From a virus (Duplodnaviria > Caudoviricetes): a stretch of DNA of 52,831 nucleotides. Numbering within the stretch: position 1 is the stretch's first letter; the number at the start of each line of letters is the position of its first letter. Below, one piece after another: positions 26,412 to 37,556 of this stretch. A program made the position numbers and the translations under genes. The notes under the pieces were generated by a model. It was not told the DNA's origin. It searched no databases and saw only the letters and a list, made by a program, of their open reading frames with translations. Location of the stretch: the IMG/VR virus record IMGVR_UViG_3300025668_000001, positions 1-52,831 of that record. One strand, 5' to 3'.

Positions 26412-27467
26412 ATGGCATTCGCAAAAGCATCAGGTTATTCCAACCTGCCCAACGGAAACTTTTCGCCCGTCATCTACTCGCAGAAGGTCCAGAAGGAATT
26501 CCGCAAGACTTCCGTCTGTGAAGACATCACGAATACTGATTACACAGGTGAGATTAGCCAATACGGGGACTCGGTCCGCATTATAAAAGAGCCTGAGATC
26601 ACTGTGAGCAACTATGCTCGTGGTACAACTTTGGCTACACAAGATATTGCCGACGCAGACTTTACAATGGTTGTCGATCAAGCCAACTACTTCCAGTTTG
26701 CAATCGACGACATCGAGGCCGCACATTCTCACATAAATTTCATGGACTTAGCTACAGATCGTGCAGCATATCGTCTAGCCGACACATTTGACTCAGAAGT
26801 TCTGGGTTATCTGTCCGGTTGGTCCGGGGGCGCTGGCTCTTGGGCACGTCGTACCGCAGCTAACGGCACAAAAGCCAATACAGCGGCAGACGCAGACGAA
26901 CTCTTGGCAGCAAACAAGCTGGACATCACTGACTTTGGTGGTTCTGACTTGGGCGGCGGCGCAGAAGTCACGTCTATCCCAGTAGCAGCCGGTGGCGGCG
27001 CTGGTGGTATCACATCTCCTCTGGCCTTGCTTAACCGCATTGCCCGTAAGATGGATCAAGCCAACGTAGACCAAGATGGTCGCTGGGTCGTCCTTGACCC
27101 GGTAATGATCGAACTCTTGATGGACGAAGATTCAAAATTCGTAGATCGGGACTTTGGTGGTACAGACGAGATCCGTAATGGTCGCATGGGTGGTAACTTG
27201 GTTCGTGGGCTTCGTGTCTACAAATCCAACAACCTTCCATACATCGGTACAGGTCCAGACACGACAGCGGCAGGCGGCTCAGAGACTGCTTTCGGCGTTA
27301 TTGTCGCTGGTCACGATTCTGCTATCGCATCTGCACAACAGCTTGCGAAAACAGAGAGCTTCCGCTCACCAGAAACCTTCTCGGACATCGTCCGTGGGAT
27401 GCAGCTTTATGGCCGGAAAGTTCTCCGCCCAGAAGCTATTTTCACAGCTAACTACAACACAGCTTAA
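26412..27467 (+). CDS. Major capsid protein
   Basis: GNFSPVIYS, GEISQYGDSVRI, DIVRGMQLYGRKVLRPE; AAGGAG SD before ATG 26412. Confidence 0.92.
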   Translation: MAFAKASGYSNLPNGNFSPVIYSQKVQKEFRKTSVCEDITNTDYTGEISQYGDSVRIIKEPEITVSNYARGTTLATQDIADADFTMVVDQANYFQFAIDDIEAAHSHINFMDLATDRAAYRLADTFDSEVLGYLSGWSGGAGSWARRTAANGTKANTAADADELLAANKLDITDFGGSDLGGGAEVTSIPVAAGGGAGGITSPLALLNRIARKMDQANVDQDGRWVVLDPVMIELLMDEDSKFVDRDFGGTDEIRNGRMGGNLVRGLRVYKSNNLPYIGTGPDTTAAGGSETAFGVIVAGHDSAIASAQQLAKTESFRSPETFSDIVRGMQLYGRKVLRPEAIFTANYNTA

Positions 27468-27474
27468 AACTTTA

Positions 27475-27496
27475 GGGGAGGCCTTCGGGCCTCTCC
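27475..27496 (+). terminator. Hairpin after the capsid gene (stabiliser or weak terminator)
   Basis: GGGGAGGCC-TTCG-GGCCTCTCC with a poor U tract. Confidence 0.6.
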
Positions 27497-27517
27497 ATCC
27501 CTTATTGAGAGCTAAAC

Positions 27518-28207
27518 ATGCCATCCACTTTCATCAGTCTTACAAATGCCTTACTCCGCCGCTTGAATGAGGTGGAGATTGAAGAAGCTGACTTTGCTAG
27601 TGTCCGTGGTGTACAGGCGTTAGCCAAAGACGCAGTTCGTGCGTCGATTGCGAAGATAAACGCCGCAGAATTTGAGTGGCCGTTTAACTCAGCGGAACAC
27701 TCTCAGTCCCTCACAGTAGGCCAAGAAGATTATAGCTGGCCACAGTATTTCAAGTCGGTTGAATGGAACAGCTTCTACATCGTCAATGATGGAGTTAACA
27801 CCAACACAACCACTTCTCTAGATTTTGTCTCTCGTGATTACTACTACGACAGACTCCGTAATGCAGATTTAGATGCCGGGGCATCCGGTCTAGGTTTACC
27901 TAACTATGTGTTTCCGTTGCATGGCAATGGCTATGGTATCTCTGCATCACCTGATAAGGCCTACACCGTTAGGTTCCGTTACTTCCTGAATTACGCAGAG
28001 TTGATCAATAACGTAGATCAAACCCGTGTACCTACTACCTATGATCACGTCTTAATCGCCGGTGCCATGTATCATATGTACCTGTTCCGAGATAACTCGG
28101 AGATGGCAGGTATTGCTGACCAAGAGTTCCGGGGCGGTATCAAGGAGATGCAGACCCTCCTATTGAACAAATATGCTTCAATAGAAGACACTCGGATTAG
28201 CTTCTAA
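27518..28207 (+). CDS. Tail tubular protein A / adaptor-like
   Basis: Position after capsid; LTNALLRRLNEV and WPF motifs. Confidence 0.7.
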   Translation: MPSTFISLTNALLRRLNEVEIEEADFASVRGVQALAKDAVRASIAKINAAEFEWPFNSAEHSQSLTVGQEDYSWPQYFKSVEWNSFYIVNDGVNTNTTTSLDFVSRDYYYDRLRNADLDAGASGLGLPNYVFPLHGNGYGISASPDKAYTVRFRYFLNYAELINNVDQTRVPTTYDHVLIAGAMYHMYLFRDNSEMAGIADQEFRGGIKEMQTLLLNKYASIEDTRISF

Positions 28208-30063
28208 TGCCTGATAAAATCCAGTCGTTTAAGGTCGTCTCCCAAGGCGGCCTAGACGCCAGTCAAAACCACCTATTGCTGTCTGAAGAAGATCCCGGTG
28301 TAGCCATTCGATTGGTGAACTATGAGGTGTCTCTCTTCGGCGGCTATCGTCGTATTAACGGCTTCTCACCTTATGGTGGTGATAGCATTGCTACGGTGGG
28401 TGGTACTGAGTCAGACGGACGAGTGTTCAACCTATCCATATACTACGACGACAACTTGCTTCGAGAAGACTTACTTGCATCCCGCAAAGACCGTCCATTT
28501 GAATATAGGATGAGTACAACTAGGTCTGTATTCAGTGGAGCGGACTTTAATGGCAGAACTCTATCCGTCACTAACTCTGTTTCGTTGGGAGTATATCTCA
28601 ATGGCAGTGAGTTGGCTCGATCCCAATACACTATCGATATCAGTAACAATGCTATTACCCTAAACACGGCAGCGGAAGCAGACGACACCGTAGTTATTGA
28701 TAACCACGAGTATAAATTTTACCGCTTCGTGACTTTAGTTGGGTGGCAGGAATACACAACAGGGCTAAACCATTACACTCGATCTCAGCCTTTTGCGACT
28801 GAAGTATTCAGGATTAGGTCTGCACAGTTTAACTTCGGTGATGGTAACAAGATATGTTTCGTCGATGGGGTTAACAACGCCGTAGTCTTTGACGGAATAA
28901 ACTGGAAAGCCATTTCCCCATCTGGTGCAGGTACCTCTGTCAGTCCCGGTGGAGTTATGTGTTTTGGCGCACCCGAGGTAGTAGAGGTATACGAGAACCA
29001 TCTGTGGCTTGGTGGAGATAAGACAGACGCATCTAATATTGCGTATTCCACTCCCCGGGATGAGAATAATTGGACAGCGGCGGGAGGTGCGGGTCAGCTT
29101 CCTATTGGCTATGACTTAGTGCAGTTTAAGCCCTTCCGAGACAACCTGTTTATCTTCGGTGAAAATGCCATCAAGAAGGCTATAACTAACTCAGACGTTA
29201 ATGTGCCCTTCATCCTCGAACAGGTTACAGCCAACGTGGGGTGTGTAGCTAGAGACAGCGTACTAGAACTTGGCGGTGACCTAGTCTTCTTAGCCCCAGA
29301 TGGCCTACGTCCTGTGGCAGGTACTTCCCGTATTGGTGACGTTGAACTGGAGACAATCTCAAAGCGTATACAGACTACAATCTCTCAGTTGCCTTCCGAG
29401 TATAACTTGAAGAACTTGTGTGGTTGTGTGATCCGAAACAAGTCTCAACTCCGCTACTTCATCTCTGAACCCACTACCTCATTAGCAGATGCTTTTGGTA
29501 TCATCGGTGGCTTGCGTACATCTGACCAACGTCTTGGATGGGAGTTTGGTGAGTTACTAGGTATTAGGGCGTCCTGTACTACATCAGGTTACATTGATGG
29601 ATCTGAGTTCGTCTTTCATGGAGACTATGACGGTAAAGTATATCAGCAAGAGAGCGGAAATACATTTGCTGGAGAGCCAATCCTAGCGGTTTATTCTACA
29701 CCATTCTTTGATTTTGGGGACACTGAAGTCCGTAAGATCATGCGGAAGGTTAACACATTCATTCGGGCTGAAGGCCCACTAGAAATGAACATTGCGGTTA
29801 TATATGATTGGTATTCTCCAGACGTATCCAACCCGTCCTCTTACACCGAGGAAAGCCGAGGACAGCCGGTACAGTACCGTGTCCCGGGCATCGACTATAA
29901 CGCAGCCCTAGTTACTTACGGTGGGTCTGAGAAGCCTATTCTCAACACTCCCATCGAAGGTAGCGGGAACTCCGTACAAATAACTTATGTAACCTCAGGC
30001 GACTTTGCACCTTATTCCATCCAAGGCATTGTCTTTGAGTTCAGTATCGCAGGGAGACGATAA
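28207..30063 (+). CDS. Tail tubular protein B / nozzle-like
   Basis: GGL N-terminus, beta-rich, NVGCVARDSV...FLAPDGLR. Confidence 0.7.
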   Translation: MPDKIQSFKVVSQGGLDASQNHLLLSEEDPGVAIRLVNYEVSLFGGYRRINGFSPYGGDSIATVGGTESDGRVFNLSIYYDDNLLREDLLASRKDRPFEYRMSTTRSVFSGADFNGRTLSVTNSVSLGVYLNGSELARSQYTIDISNNAITLNTAAEADDTVVIDNHEYKFYRFVTLVGWQEYTTGLNHYTRSQPFATEVFRIRSAQFNFGDGNKICFVDGVNNAVVFDGINWKAISPSGAGTSVSPGGVMCFGAPEVVEVYENHLWLGGDKTDASNIAYSTPRDENNWTAAGGAGQLPIGYDLVQFKPFRDNLFIFGENAIKKAITNSDVNVPFILEQVTANVGCVARDSVLELGGDLVFLAPDGLRPVAGTSRIGDVELETISKRIQTTISQLPSEYNLKNLCGCVIRNKSQLRYFISEPTTSLADAFGIIGGLRTSDQRLGWEFGELLGIRASCTTSGYIDGSEFVFHGDYDGKVYQQESGNTFAGEPILAVYSTPFFDFGDTEVRKIMRKVNTFIRAEGPLEMNIAVIYDWYSPDVSNPSSYTEESRGQPVQYRVPGIDYNAALVTYGGSEKPILNTPIEGSGNSVQITYVTSGDFAPYSIQGIVFEFSIAGRR

Positions 30064-32786
30064 TGGCTGGCTATACCCGGCAATCTACCTCACAGATTAT
30101 TAACGGCGCAAACATCACTGCGCCTCCGTTGAACGCTGAGTTTAACCAGTTGGCAAGCTCTTTTGGAGTAACTGGACACACGCACGACGGTACGTCAGGT
30201 AATGCCCCTAAAATTGATCTAGCTACCTCTGTGACGGGATATCTCCCGGCTACAAACGGCGGTACAGGCGGAAAGAATAACTTAGCGGCTACTACCAATC
30301 CCGGTAATGGTGACGACGCAGATGACGGCTATAGCCGGGGTTCTTACTGGTATAACTATACTGGTGACCGCTGGTATATTTGTATCAACAACACTGTAGG
30401 CTCCGCCGTATGGCGTGAGATGCTTATGGTTGAGACCGGGTCTGTAATTGAACCCGGTATCACTGGTGCAGTAGATCTTGGCTCCACAACCTTCAAGTTC
30501 AAAGACACCCATCTATCGGGGTCCATGAATTCCGTATCCGCAGCTATATCTGGCAACATGACGGTAGGGGGTACGCAGACTAATACTGGTGCCGCCACTT
30601 TTAATGGCTCGGCTACATTCAACAACATCACAAACTTTAACGGCGCATCAAATACTATTGCCAATGCGGCTATCACATCTGGTACCATTAATGGGACTAC
30701 AATTGGTGGAGCCACTGCCGCTGCGGGTACATTCACGGCGTTGACTGCTAACAACTCAGCTAACCTGACTAATGCTACTATATCCGGCGGTACAATCAAC
30801 AACAGCGTGATTGGTGGTACTACGCCACTAAACATCACAGGACTTACTGTAGCGGCCTCTACAGGCTTCTCAGGAGACCTCACTGGTAATGTCTCAGGCA
30901 ATGTTACAGGTAATCTCACAGGCGCTGTGACGGGCGCTGTGACCGGGGATGTAACAGGTAACGTAACCGCTTCCAGTGGATCTTCTACATTCAACAATGT
31001 GGTGATCAATGGTAGCTTGGACATGGATGCTACAACAGCGTCCACCATTACGGGTCTGTCTACTCCTCTGAACCCTACTGATGCTTCGACAAAAGCGTAT
31101 GTGGACCAACAAGTAGCACTCGTTTTATCCTCTGCACCGGCTGCATTAGATACACTCAATGAGTTAGCCGCAGCAATCAATGACGACGCTAACTTTGCTA
31201 CAACAGTCAACAATAGCATTGCCACTAAGCTCTCTTTGAGCGGCGGCACGATGTCTGGTAATATTGATCTCGATAGCACCAACAAGATCACAAACATGCC
31301 GACGCCGTCAGCCAACTCTGACGGATCAAACAAAGGCTACGTTGATACGCAGAGAGACACTCGTCTAGCTACCACTGGCGGCACGATGTCTGGCGCTATC
31401 AATATGAACTCTCAGGCTATCACTAGCCTAGCCAACCCGGCTAACAATGGTGACGCAGCCAACAAATTATATGTGGATTCGATCTTAGGCTCTGCTACTT
31501 CGGCTGCGGCCAGTGCCTCTACTGCATCTGCATTGGCGGCTCAAGCCTCTGGATCTGCGGCTAACGCACAGGCATCAGAGGATGAGGCACAAGAGTGGGC
31601 CACAAAGACCACAGGCACCGTCACAGGCGAGAGTGAATACTCGGCCAAGGAATATGCCATCGGTACTGTTATTCGAGGCAACATTGGTTCAGCGAAGGAC
31701 TGGGCAACCTACACCGGCGGCACAGTAGACGGGACTAATTACTCAGCTAAATACTGGGCAACAGACGCTAATATTGGTACTATCGCTACGAACATCGACG
31801 ATCTGGTCAACGTAGCCAATGACCTTAGTTCAGGTAATTTCGTAGCCGGTCAGATATATGACTTCGGGGCCATTACAGACGCTGCCACAGGCACCAGTGG
31901 TGCGCCAGATGGCTTCATTGTCACTGTGGCTAACAATCTAGCAGACATACAGACCGTATCTAATGTTATAACGAATGTTAATACGGTGGCCGGAATAAGC
32001 GCCAATGTCACTACAGTGGCTGGGGTAAGTAGCGCAGTATCAACATTGGCGGCTATAAGCTCAGATGTATCGGCAGTAGCCCCTATTGCAGCAAATGTGA
32101 CTACTGTGGCTGGTGTCTCGTCCGACGTTACGGCAGTGGCTAATAACAATGCGAATATCAACACAGTGGTCGGTCAGATCACACCTAACAATAACATTAG
32201 TACATTGGCGTCTATTGCCGGAAATATTTCCACAGTTGCGTCAGTAAGTGTTGACGTTACTACTGTAGCTGGTATATCATCTAATGTAACCGCAGTGGCG
32301 AATAATAACGCCAATGTCACCTCAGTAGCAAACATCGATAGTGACGTAACCGCAGTGGCGGGTATCGCAAGTGATGTAACTACAGCGGCTACTAACGTCA
32401 CTGACATCACAAACTTCGCTGATGTATACCAAGGCCCAAAGGCCACCGCACCCACACAGCGTAATAACAACAGTTCTCTAGTGGCGGGTGACCTGTACTT
32501 CGACACTACCTCAGGATTCATGCGGTACTACAGCGGAAGTTCTTGGGTCAACATTACCGCACCCACCGGGGATATGGGTAACCAGAACTCCACTAGCGTG
32601 GCGATCACAGGCGGCTCTATCACAGGTATCACAGACCTAGAGATTGCAGACGGCGGTACTGGAGCTTCTAGCGCACCAGCGGCTCGTACAAACCTCGGAC
32701 TAGATACAATGGCTACGCAAGCCGCAAACAATGTCGCCATCACGGGCGGAACAATATCAGTCGATTTTGACTTCGGGAGTATTTAA
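30063..32786 (+). CDS. Tail fiber protein
   Basis: MAGYTRQ start, Gly/Thr-rich, LDTLNELAAA, GGTMSG and TTVAG repeats. Confidence 0.85.
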   Translation: MAGYTRQSTSQIINGANITAPPLNAEFNQLASSFGVTGHTHDGTSGNAPKIDLATSVTGYLPATNGGTGGKNNLAATTNPGNGDDADDGYSRGSYWYNYTGDRWYICINNTVGSAVWREMLMVETGSVIEPGITGAVDLGSTTFKFKDTHLSGSMNSVSAAISGNMTVGGTQTNTGAATFNGSATFNNITNFNGASNTIANAAITSGTINGTTIGGATAAAGTFTALTANNSANLTNATISGGTINNSVIGGTTPLNITGLTVAASTGFSGDLTGNVSGNVTGNLTGAVTGAVTGDVTGNVTASSGSSTFNNVVINGSLDMDATTASTITGLSTPLNPTDASTKAYVDQQVALVLSSAPAALDTLNELAAAINDDANFATTVNNSIATKLSLSGGTMSGNIDLDSTNKITNMPTPSANSDGSNKGYVDTQRDTRLATTGGTMSGAINMNSQAITSLANPANNGDAANKLYVDSILGSATSAAASASTASALAAQASGSAANAQASEDEAQEWATKTTGTVTGESEYSAKEYAIGTVIRGNIGSAKDWATYTGGTVDGTNYSAKYWATDANIGTIATNIDDLVNVANDLSSGNFVAGQIYDFGAITDAATGTSGAPDGFIVTVANNLADIQTVSNVITNVNTVAGISANVTTVAGVSSAVSTLAAISSDVSAVAPIAANVTTVAGVSSDVTAVANNNANINTVVGQITPNNNISTLASIAGNISTVASVSVDVTTVAGISSNVTAVANNNANVTSVANIDSDVTAVAGIASDVTTAATNVTDITNFADVYQGPKATAPTQRNNNSSLVAGDLYFDTTSGFMRYYSGSSWVNITAPTGDMGNQNSTSVAITGGSITGITDLEIADGGTGASSAPAARTNLGLDTMATQAANNVAITGGTISVDFDFGSI

Positions 32787-32789
32787 ACA

Positions 32790-33980
32790 ATGGCAAACGC
32801 ACTTCAGCTACGCCGTGGCACCACCACTCAGCACAATTCCTTCACGGGTCTAGCTGGCGAAGTCACGGTTGATACAGACAAAGAAACAGTAGTCGTACAT
32901 GACGGCTCTACGGCTGGGGGTTTTCCTCTTGCCCGGGCCTCTGACCTAACTAACTTCGACGCAGATACCCTAGACGGTAAGCAACTTGCTACCATCGAGA
33001 GCGAGTATCAGGCATTCGCAAACACAGCGGCAGCTAACGTAGTAGACAGCGCACCGGGTACACTGGACACGCTGAACGAATTGGCAGCGGCTCTGGGCGA
33101 TGACGCCAACTTTGCTACTACAGTTACGAACAGTATTGCGACTAAGCTAAATTCGAGTGCCTACACGGCAGCGGATGTTCTAACGAAAATCAAGACGGTT
33201 GATGGCTCTGGTTCAGGACTAGATGCCGACACCTTAGATGGCGTTCATCTTTCTAATATTGCGAGAACCGACACCCACGAAGACTTCCAATCGAGTGTAA
33301 CTTTTGCCAACATTAACATTGACCCAGATGGTTATAGCTCTGGTAAATCTGGCGGTTTTGGTACTGTCTATGACGGTAGTGGCTGGCAAGCTCCGGGCTT
33401 ATTTATTTCTGGGGGTACGGGTAAAGCGGCGGCATTTGCAGCGGCGGGTGGTAATATATACTTCGGTACCCAAGACGGCACAAATACCAATTCAATGTCA
33501 TCTTGGCTAACTGTTACACAGTCTTCAAAAACAGCATCCTTCGATGGGAAGATTATTGCAAACAGCAATATTATTGCAAACAGCACGCTGGAAATTGAGG
33601 AAGTTGTTGAGAAGGTGCAAACATCGACATCAACAAGTGGTACCATCACATGGTATTCAAACTCTCAGGCAATCGTTTATTATACTGCGAACCAGACAGC
33701 CAATCGCACAATCAATTTTGTAGGCGATGGTTCTACGACGATGAACAGCTTTTTAGATGTAGGCAAATCTTACACTGCTTCAGTCGTAATGACCCAAGGC
33801 TCCACAGCCTACTACCTCAACGCCTACCAAGTAGATGGTTCAACGGTCACACCAAAGTGGTCTGGCGGCTCGGCTCCAACCGAGGGCAACGCCGACAGTC
33901 TTGACGTATACACATTCACGATCATCAAGACGGCGGATGCTACTTACACTGTGCTGGCTTCCCAGACGCAGTTTGCTTAA
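32790..33980 (+). CDS. Tail fiber protein (Mtd-like N-terminus)
   Basis: LQLRRGTT...GEVTVDTDK...VHDG; GSGLDADTLDG. Confidence 0.85.
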   Translation: MANALQLRRGTTTQHNSFTGLAGEVTVDTDKETVVVHDGSTAGGFPLARASDLTNFDADTLDGKQLATIESEYQAFANTAAANVVDSAPGTLDTLNELAAALGDDANFATTVTNSIATKLNSSAYTAADVLTKIKTVDGSGSGLDADTLDGVHLSNIARTDTHEDFQSSVTFANINIDPDGYSSGKSGGFGTVYDGSGWQAPGLFISGGTGKAAAFAAAGGNIYFGTQDGTNTNSMSSWLTVTQSSKTASFDGKIIANSNIIANSTLEIEEVVEKVQTSTSTSGTITWYSNSQAIVYYTANQTANRTINFVGDGSTTMNSFLDVGKSYTASVVMTQGSTAYYLNAYQVDGSTVTPKWSGGSAPTEGNADSLDVYTFTIIKTADATYTVLASQTQFA

Positions 33981-33995
33981 TTAGAGGGCCGAGCC

Positions 33996-34952
33996 ATGAA
34001 CTCATTCTGGATGCCTAAAAAACAGCCTTTGTATGCTCCTATGCTCTCTACCTTTGGGGGCGGGTCGGCTCGTGGTTTTAACCCCGGTGGTGGTGGTGGT
34101 GGTATGTCCTTCACTTCAAAGTCTATATTCGATGGAAACTATTCTAGTTATATCAAACTTAGTGGCGCAACAGCCTACAGGGGCATGATGTTTGTGTATG
34201 AGGACTATTTTGATACGGGTGATGATCATCTTATGGTATTCAAAGAGCAAGCCTCTACTTGGTTTAATTCAGGGGAATATCGTAGGCGGACGGCTGGCAC
34301 AACACTGGCACTGCAAAGCACTCCGACTACCTTTACTGGTAGTAATGCCAACATTGGCGGGGCTAGGGATGTTGCCTACTATGTAGATACGAATGGAAAT
34401 TACAACGTATATGTTTCGTCTTATGCCAGCCCAAACGGTGTCCTTCATTATACGCTTCCGGGCGGCCTGTCAGATTTGAGAAGTGACTGGTCTAACGCAA
34501 CACATGTAGCGGACTTTACCCCCAGTTCTGGGAGTTCTTGGGGAGTTGCAGTCGATTTTACTCGTCATTATCTCTATCTGGGCACCCACTCTAATAATCT
34601 TCTGTGGCGATGGGATATTGACCCAGCAGACGGATCACTTGATTTTAACAGCAGGGCCAGTACACAAGTTAATGGGGCGAATGGTCAGGCCGCTGGTATG
34701 GCCGTGGCTTATGATCCGTGGGCAGACGCCATTTATACCGGCACTACTTATAGCCAATCGCCACTAGAGATAGTAGTGCTTGACGCAGCAAATTGGACGC
34801 AATCCCCCATAGGTCGGATAACCGTGTCCAACCTTAATAGTTGGGTTAGTTCTATAGGGTGTATTGAAGTGTCTGAAGACACTCTCTATTTCCAAGGGGA
34901 CGAAAATAGTGCCAGCTCCGTTTCTAAACCTATCACAGCCCTGTCCCGGTGA
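33996..34952 (+). CDS. Putative receptor-binding/virion beta-rich protein
   Basis: PMLSTFGGGSARGF N-terminus followed by a propeller-like region. Confidence 0.55.
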   Translation: MNSFWMPKKQPLYAPMLSTFGGGSARGFNPGGGGGGMSFTSKSIFDGNYSSYIKLSGATAYRGMMFVYEDYFDTGDDHLMVFKEQASTWFNSGEYRRRTAGTTLALQSTPTTFTGSNANIGGARDVAYYVDTNGNYNVYVSSYASPNGVLHYTLPGGLSDLRSDWSNATHVADFTPSSGSSWGVAVDFTRHYLYLGTHSNNLLWRWDIDPADGSLDFNSRASTQVNGANGQAAGMAVAYDPWADAIYTGTTYSQSPLEIVVLDAANWTQSPIGRITVSNLNSWVSSIGCIEVSEDTLYFQGDENSASSVSKPITALSR

Positions 34953-35383
34953 TCTCATCCCTCCTAGCACCGCCCCAAGTCCTCAAACTATGGCCTCTAC
35001 TTGAACCACATATAGAGTCCGCCCTTCACCACTCAATAGGTGAATATGATCCTTTCTCAATCTGCCTCATGGCCCTGTCTGAACAGGCACACATCTGGCT
35101 AACCCGAGACGAAGACGGTCAAGTGATAACCGTAATAGTCACTAGGTTCACCTCCAGCGCACACAGCAAGTCTCTGCTTATTATGACCTGCGCTGGGCAA
35201 GTCCCTGACTGGGACACTTGGACCGCTCATCATACAACACTCGAAAAATTCGCAAAGAATAACGGGTGCAATTCAATGCAAGTGTGGGGTCGTCGAGGCT
35301 GGGAAAGAAGGCTTCGTCATCTAGAGAGCAACAAAGGTAAGCCCTACCAGCTTCTCTACCACGTCTACAACATGGAGATATAA
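34949..35383 (+). CDS. GNAT-like protein
   Basis: LEKFAKNNGC...WGRRGWER pattern. Confidence 0.6.
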   Translation: MISSLLAPPQVLKLWPLLEPHIESALHHSIGEYDPFSICLMALSEQAHIWLTRDEDGQVITVIVTRFTSSAHSKSLLIMTCAGQVPDWDTWTAHHTTLEKFAKNNGCNSMQVWGRRGWERRLRHLESNKGKPYQLLYHVYNMEI

Positions 35384-35384
35384 T

Positions 35385-36824
35385 ATGGGAAATCCTTTCC
35401 TTACAATGTTCGGCCCCGGGCGGTACCTTAACCCTCGTGCTTCTGGTATGATTGTTTTTAAAGGTTCTAGCGGCCCGTCGCTGGCTGAAATTAAGTCCGC
35501 TGTTAAAGAATACGCTGACCCCGAGTTCAAAGACGTATTTAGTGGCCAAGACGACATCAGCGGTGACATCACCGATATGAACTACGACATGAAAACATAT
35601 TACTCAGACCTAGATGATGCCGTCGATGACGTGTATACAGGCATGACAACCGGCTTTGGTGACCAAGAGACCAACTTCGACAATCTGTCCGACGACGTTG
35701 AGGGTGTTGGCGACAAAGTAACTGACGGGTTTAGTGACCAAGAAGACTATATGGACGATGCCTTCGAGGGCCAAGAGGACTTCATCACGGATGAGTTTGG
35801 TGATCAACGAGAATACATCGGCGATGAATTTAAGGATCAAGGCGAGGATATTACTGAGGGATTCAAAGATACCAAGGGGGATATCGCTGGATCTCGCCAA
35901 GACATTCTAGACCAGCTTGGGGTTAACAAGACAGACCTTGAAGGCTTCCTGAATGACAAGTTTGGAAGTGTCTCTGATATGACAGGCGGTCGTTTCGACA
36001 GCATAGACGGCCTTCTAGGCACACTACAGACCGGACAGACCTCTGGCTTCGGTGATCTCACCCGTGATATGACCGCTGGCCAAAGTGATATTCAAACCGC
36101 CGTAGATGGTATGAGTGGAAACCTCGACACTTACTACGGTGACCTGTCACAGGGTCAGACAGATATATCCGGTACCTTAGGCGGACTAACCTCCGACTTC
36201 TCAACCTTCACCGATCAGTATGGCGATGATACTACGCTGGCTAACCGTGCCCGTAATGACCTACAGACAGGCCTACAGAACGCCGTATCCGGTATTCAGG
36301 GCAGCTTGTCAGAAAATGCTGCGTCCACTACGGATCAGATCCAAGCCGCCGCTGATAATAACGCCCGAGCCACAGAAGATGCAGCGGCTCAACTTGATAC
36401 AAACTTTGCTGATGTAGCTCGGTCTTTGACTATGGGTGTAGAGGCTTCCACCGCAGAAGGCCAAGCAGCGCAAGACGAATACCTCAACAAGCTGAATGAC
36501 GTGCGTAGCCTCGTAACTAACCAAGGCGATCAGTTAGACGCCAGTGTCCGTGACAGCTACTCCAACCTAGCCAATTCGTTTGATACCCAAGGCCGCCTTA
36601 TCGCCAACAGCGTAAATGCCCAAGGTCAGGAAACAAAACGAGCCATCGACAAGAATGGTAATCTAATGATCTCACAATTTGATCAACAGGGAAATCGTAT
36701 TAGCCAGTTTGGCTACGACATGAACCAGATGTTTAGCACCTTGGATAGCATCCAGAATAGCACAATTTATCGCACTGGTATGATGTCACCGGCTACTCAG
36801 CCGTATGCTTCTACTCGAGGATAA
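35385..36824 (+). CDS. Acidic helical repeat protein (putative internal virion protein)
   Basis: 11-residue F-x-D-Q periodicity; lies in the structural arm. Confidence 0.6.
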   Translation: MGNPFLTMFGPGRYLNPRASGMIVFKGSSGPSLAEIKSAVKEYADPEFKDVFSGQDDISGDITDMNYDMKTYYSDLDDAVDDVYTGMTTGFGDQETNFDNLSDDVEGVGDKVTDGFSDQEDYMDDAFEGQEDFITDEFGDQREYIGDEFKDQGEDITEGFKDTKGDIAGSRQDILDQLGVNKTDLEGFLNDKFGSVSDMTGGRFDSIDGLLGTLQTGQTSGFGDLTRDMTAGQSDIQTAVDGMSGNLDTYYGDLSQGQTDISGTLGGLTSDFSTFTDQYGDDTTLANRARNDLQTGLQNAVSGIQGSLSENAASTTDQIQAAADNNARATEDAAAQLDTNFADVARSLTMGVEASTAEGQAAQDEYLNKLNDVRSLVTNQGDQLDASVRDSYSNLANSFDTQGRLIANSVNAQGQETKRAIDKNGNLMISQFDQQGNRISQFGYDMNQMFSTLDSIQNSTIYRTGMMSPATQPYASTRG

Positions 36825-36827
36825 GTT

Positions 36828-37556
36828 ATGATCCCTGATAATATCAGCGAGGCGGGTGTTCGCCTCGTTAAAAAGTTCGAAGGACTACACAAGGAAGGTA
36901 AGGATGGTCTAATCCATTCGTATCGATGCCCCGCCGGAAAGTACACGATTGGCTGGGGTTCGTGCAAAGGCGTCCGCTCTGGTATGCGTATTACCGTAGA
37001 GGAAGCCGAGGCTCGTCTCGTAACTGATCTAGAAGATCACGCAAAGGCGATCCACCGCTATGTGGAAGTCCCTCTCAGCCAAAACCAGTATGATGCTCTG
37101 ACCTCGTTCATTTTCAACGTCGGTGCAGCCAACTTCAAGTCCAGCACCCTTCTTAAAAAGTTAAACAAGGGTGAATACCACGACGTACCTAACCAGCTAA
37201 TGCGCTGGAATAAGGCTCGGGTAGACGGCAAGCTAACACCTCTGCGTGGCCTCACACGTCGTCGTGCAGCCGAAGCGGCTCTGTTCTCAATGGATGCTAA
37301 ACTGGCCGGTGATGGTGGGGATAAGATGCCCCAGAAGATCGAGGAAGCAAAACCCAAGCCACTAGCTAAGTCTAAGACAATGGCTGGTGCGGGTGTAGCC
37401 GGTGCCGCTACGGCATTGAGCGAGATTGCTCCACAGATCGAGGCCTTAGTTCCATACAGCGATAGCATGAAGACAATCTTCCTGTTGTGTGCTGTCGGAG
37501 GTATCGCCCTAGTAGCCTATTCCCGCTGGAAAGACAGTAAGGAAGGCACCCGATAA
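36828..37556 (+). CDS. Endolysin (GH24 lysozyme) with C-terminal hydrophobic helices
   Basis: KFEG, YRCPAGKYTIGWG, QYDALTSFIFNVG, GLTRRRAAE. Confidence 0.93.
   Translation: MIPDNISEAGVRLVKKFEGLHKEGKDGLIHSYRCPAGKYTIGWGSCKGVRSGMRITVEEAEARLVTDLEDHAKAIHRYVEVPLSQNQYDALTSFIFNVGAANFKSSTLLKKLNKGEYHDVPNQLMRWNKARVDGKLTPLRGLTRRRAAEAALFSMDAKLAGDGGDKMPQKIEEAKPKPLAKSKTMAGAGVAGAATALSEIAPQIEALVPYSDSMKTIFLLCAVGGIALVAYSRWKDSKEGTR

Noticed and set aside
30356-31333. 325-aa minus-strand ORF
   Set aside because: Antisense shadow of the low-complexity tail fiber gene
31131-33149. Shared LDTLNELAAA...FATTV segment in two fiber genes as a recombination cassette
   Set aside because: A common tail-fiber motif; the two DNA copies are diverged at synonymous sites
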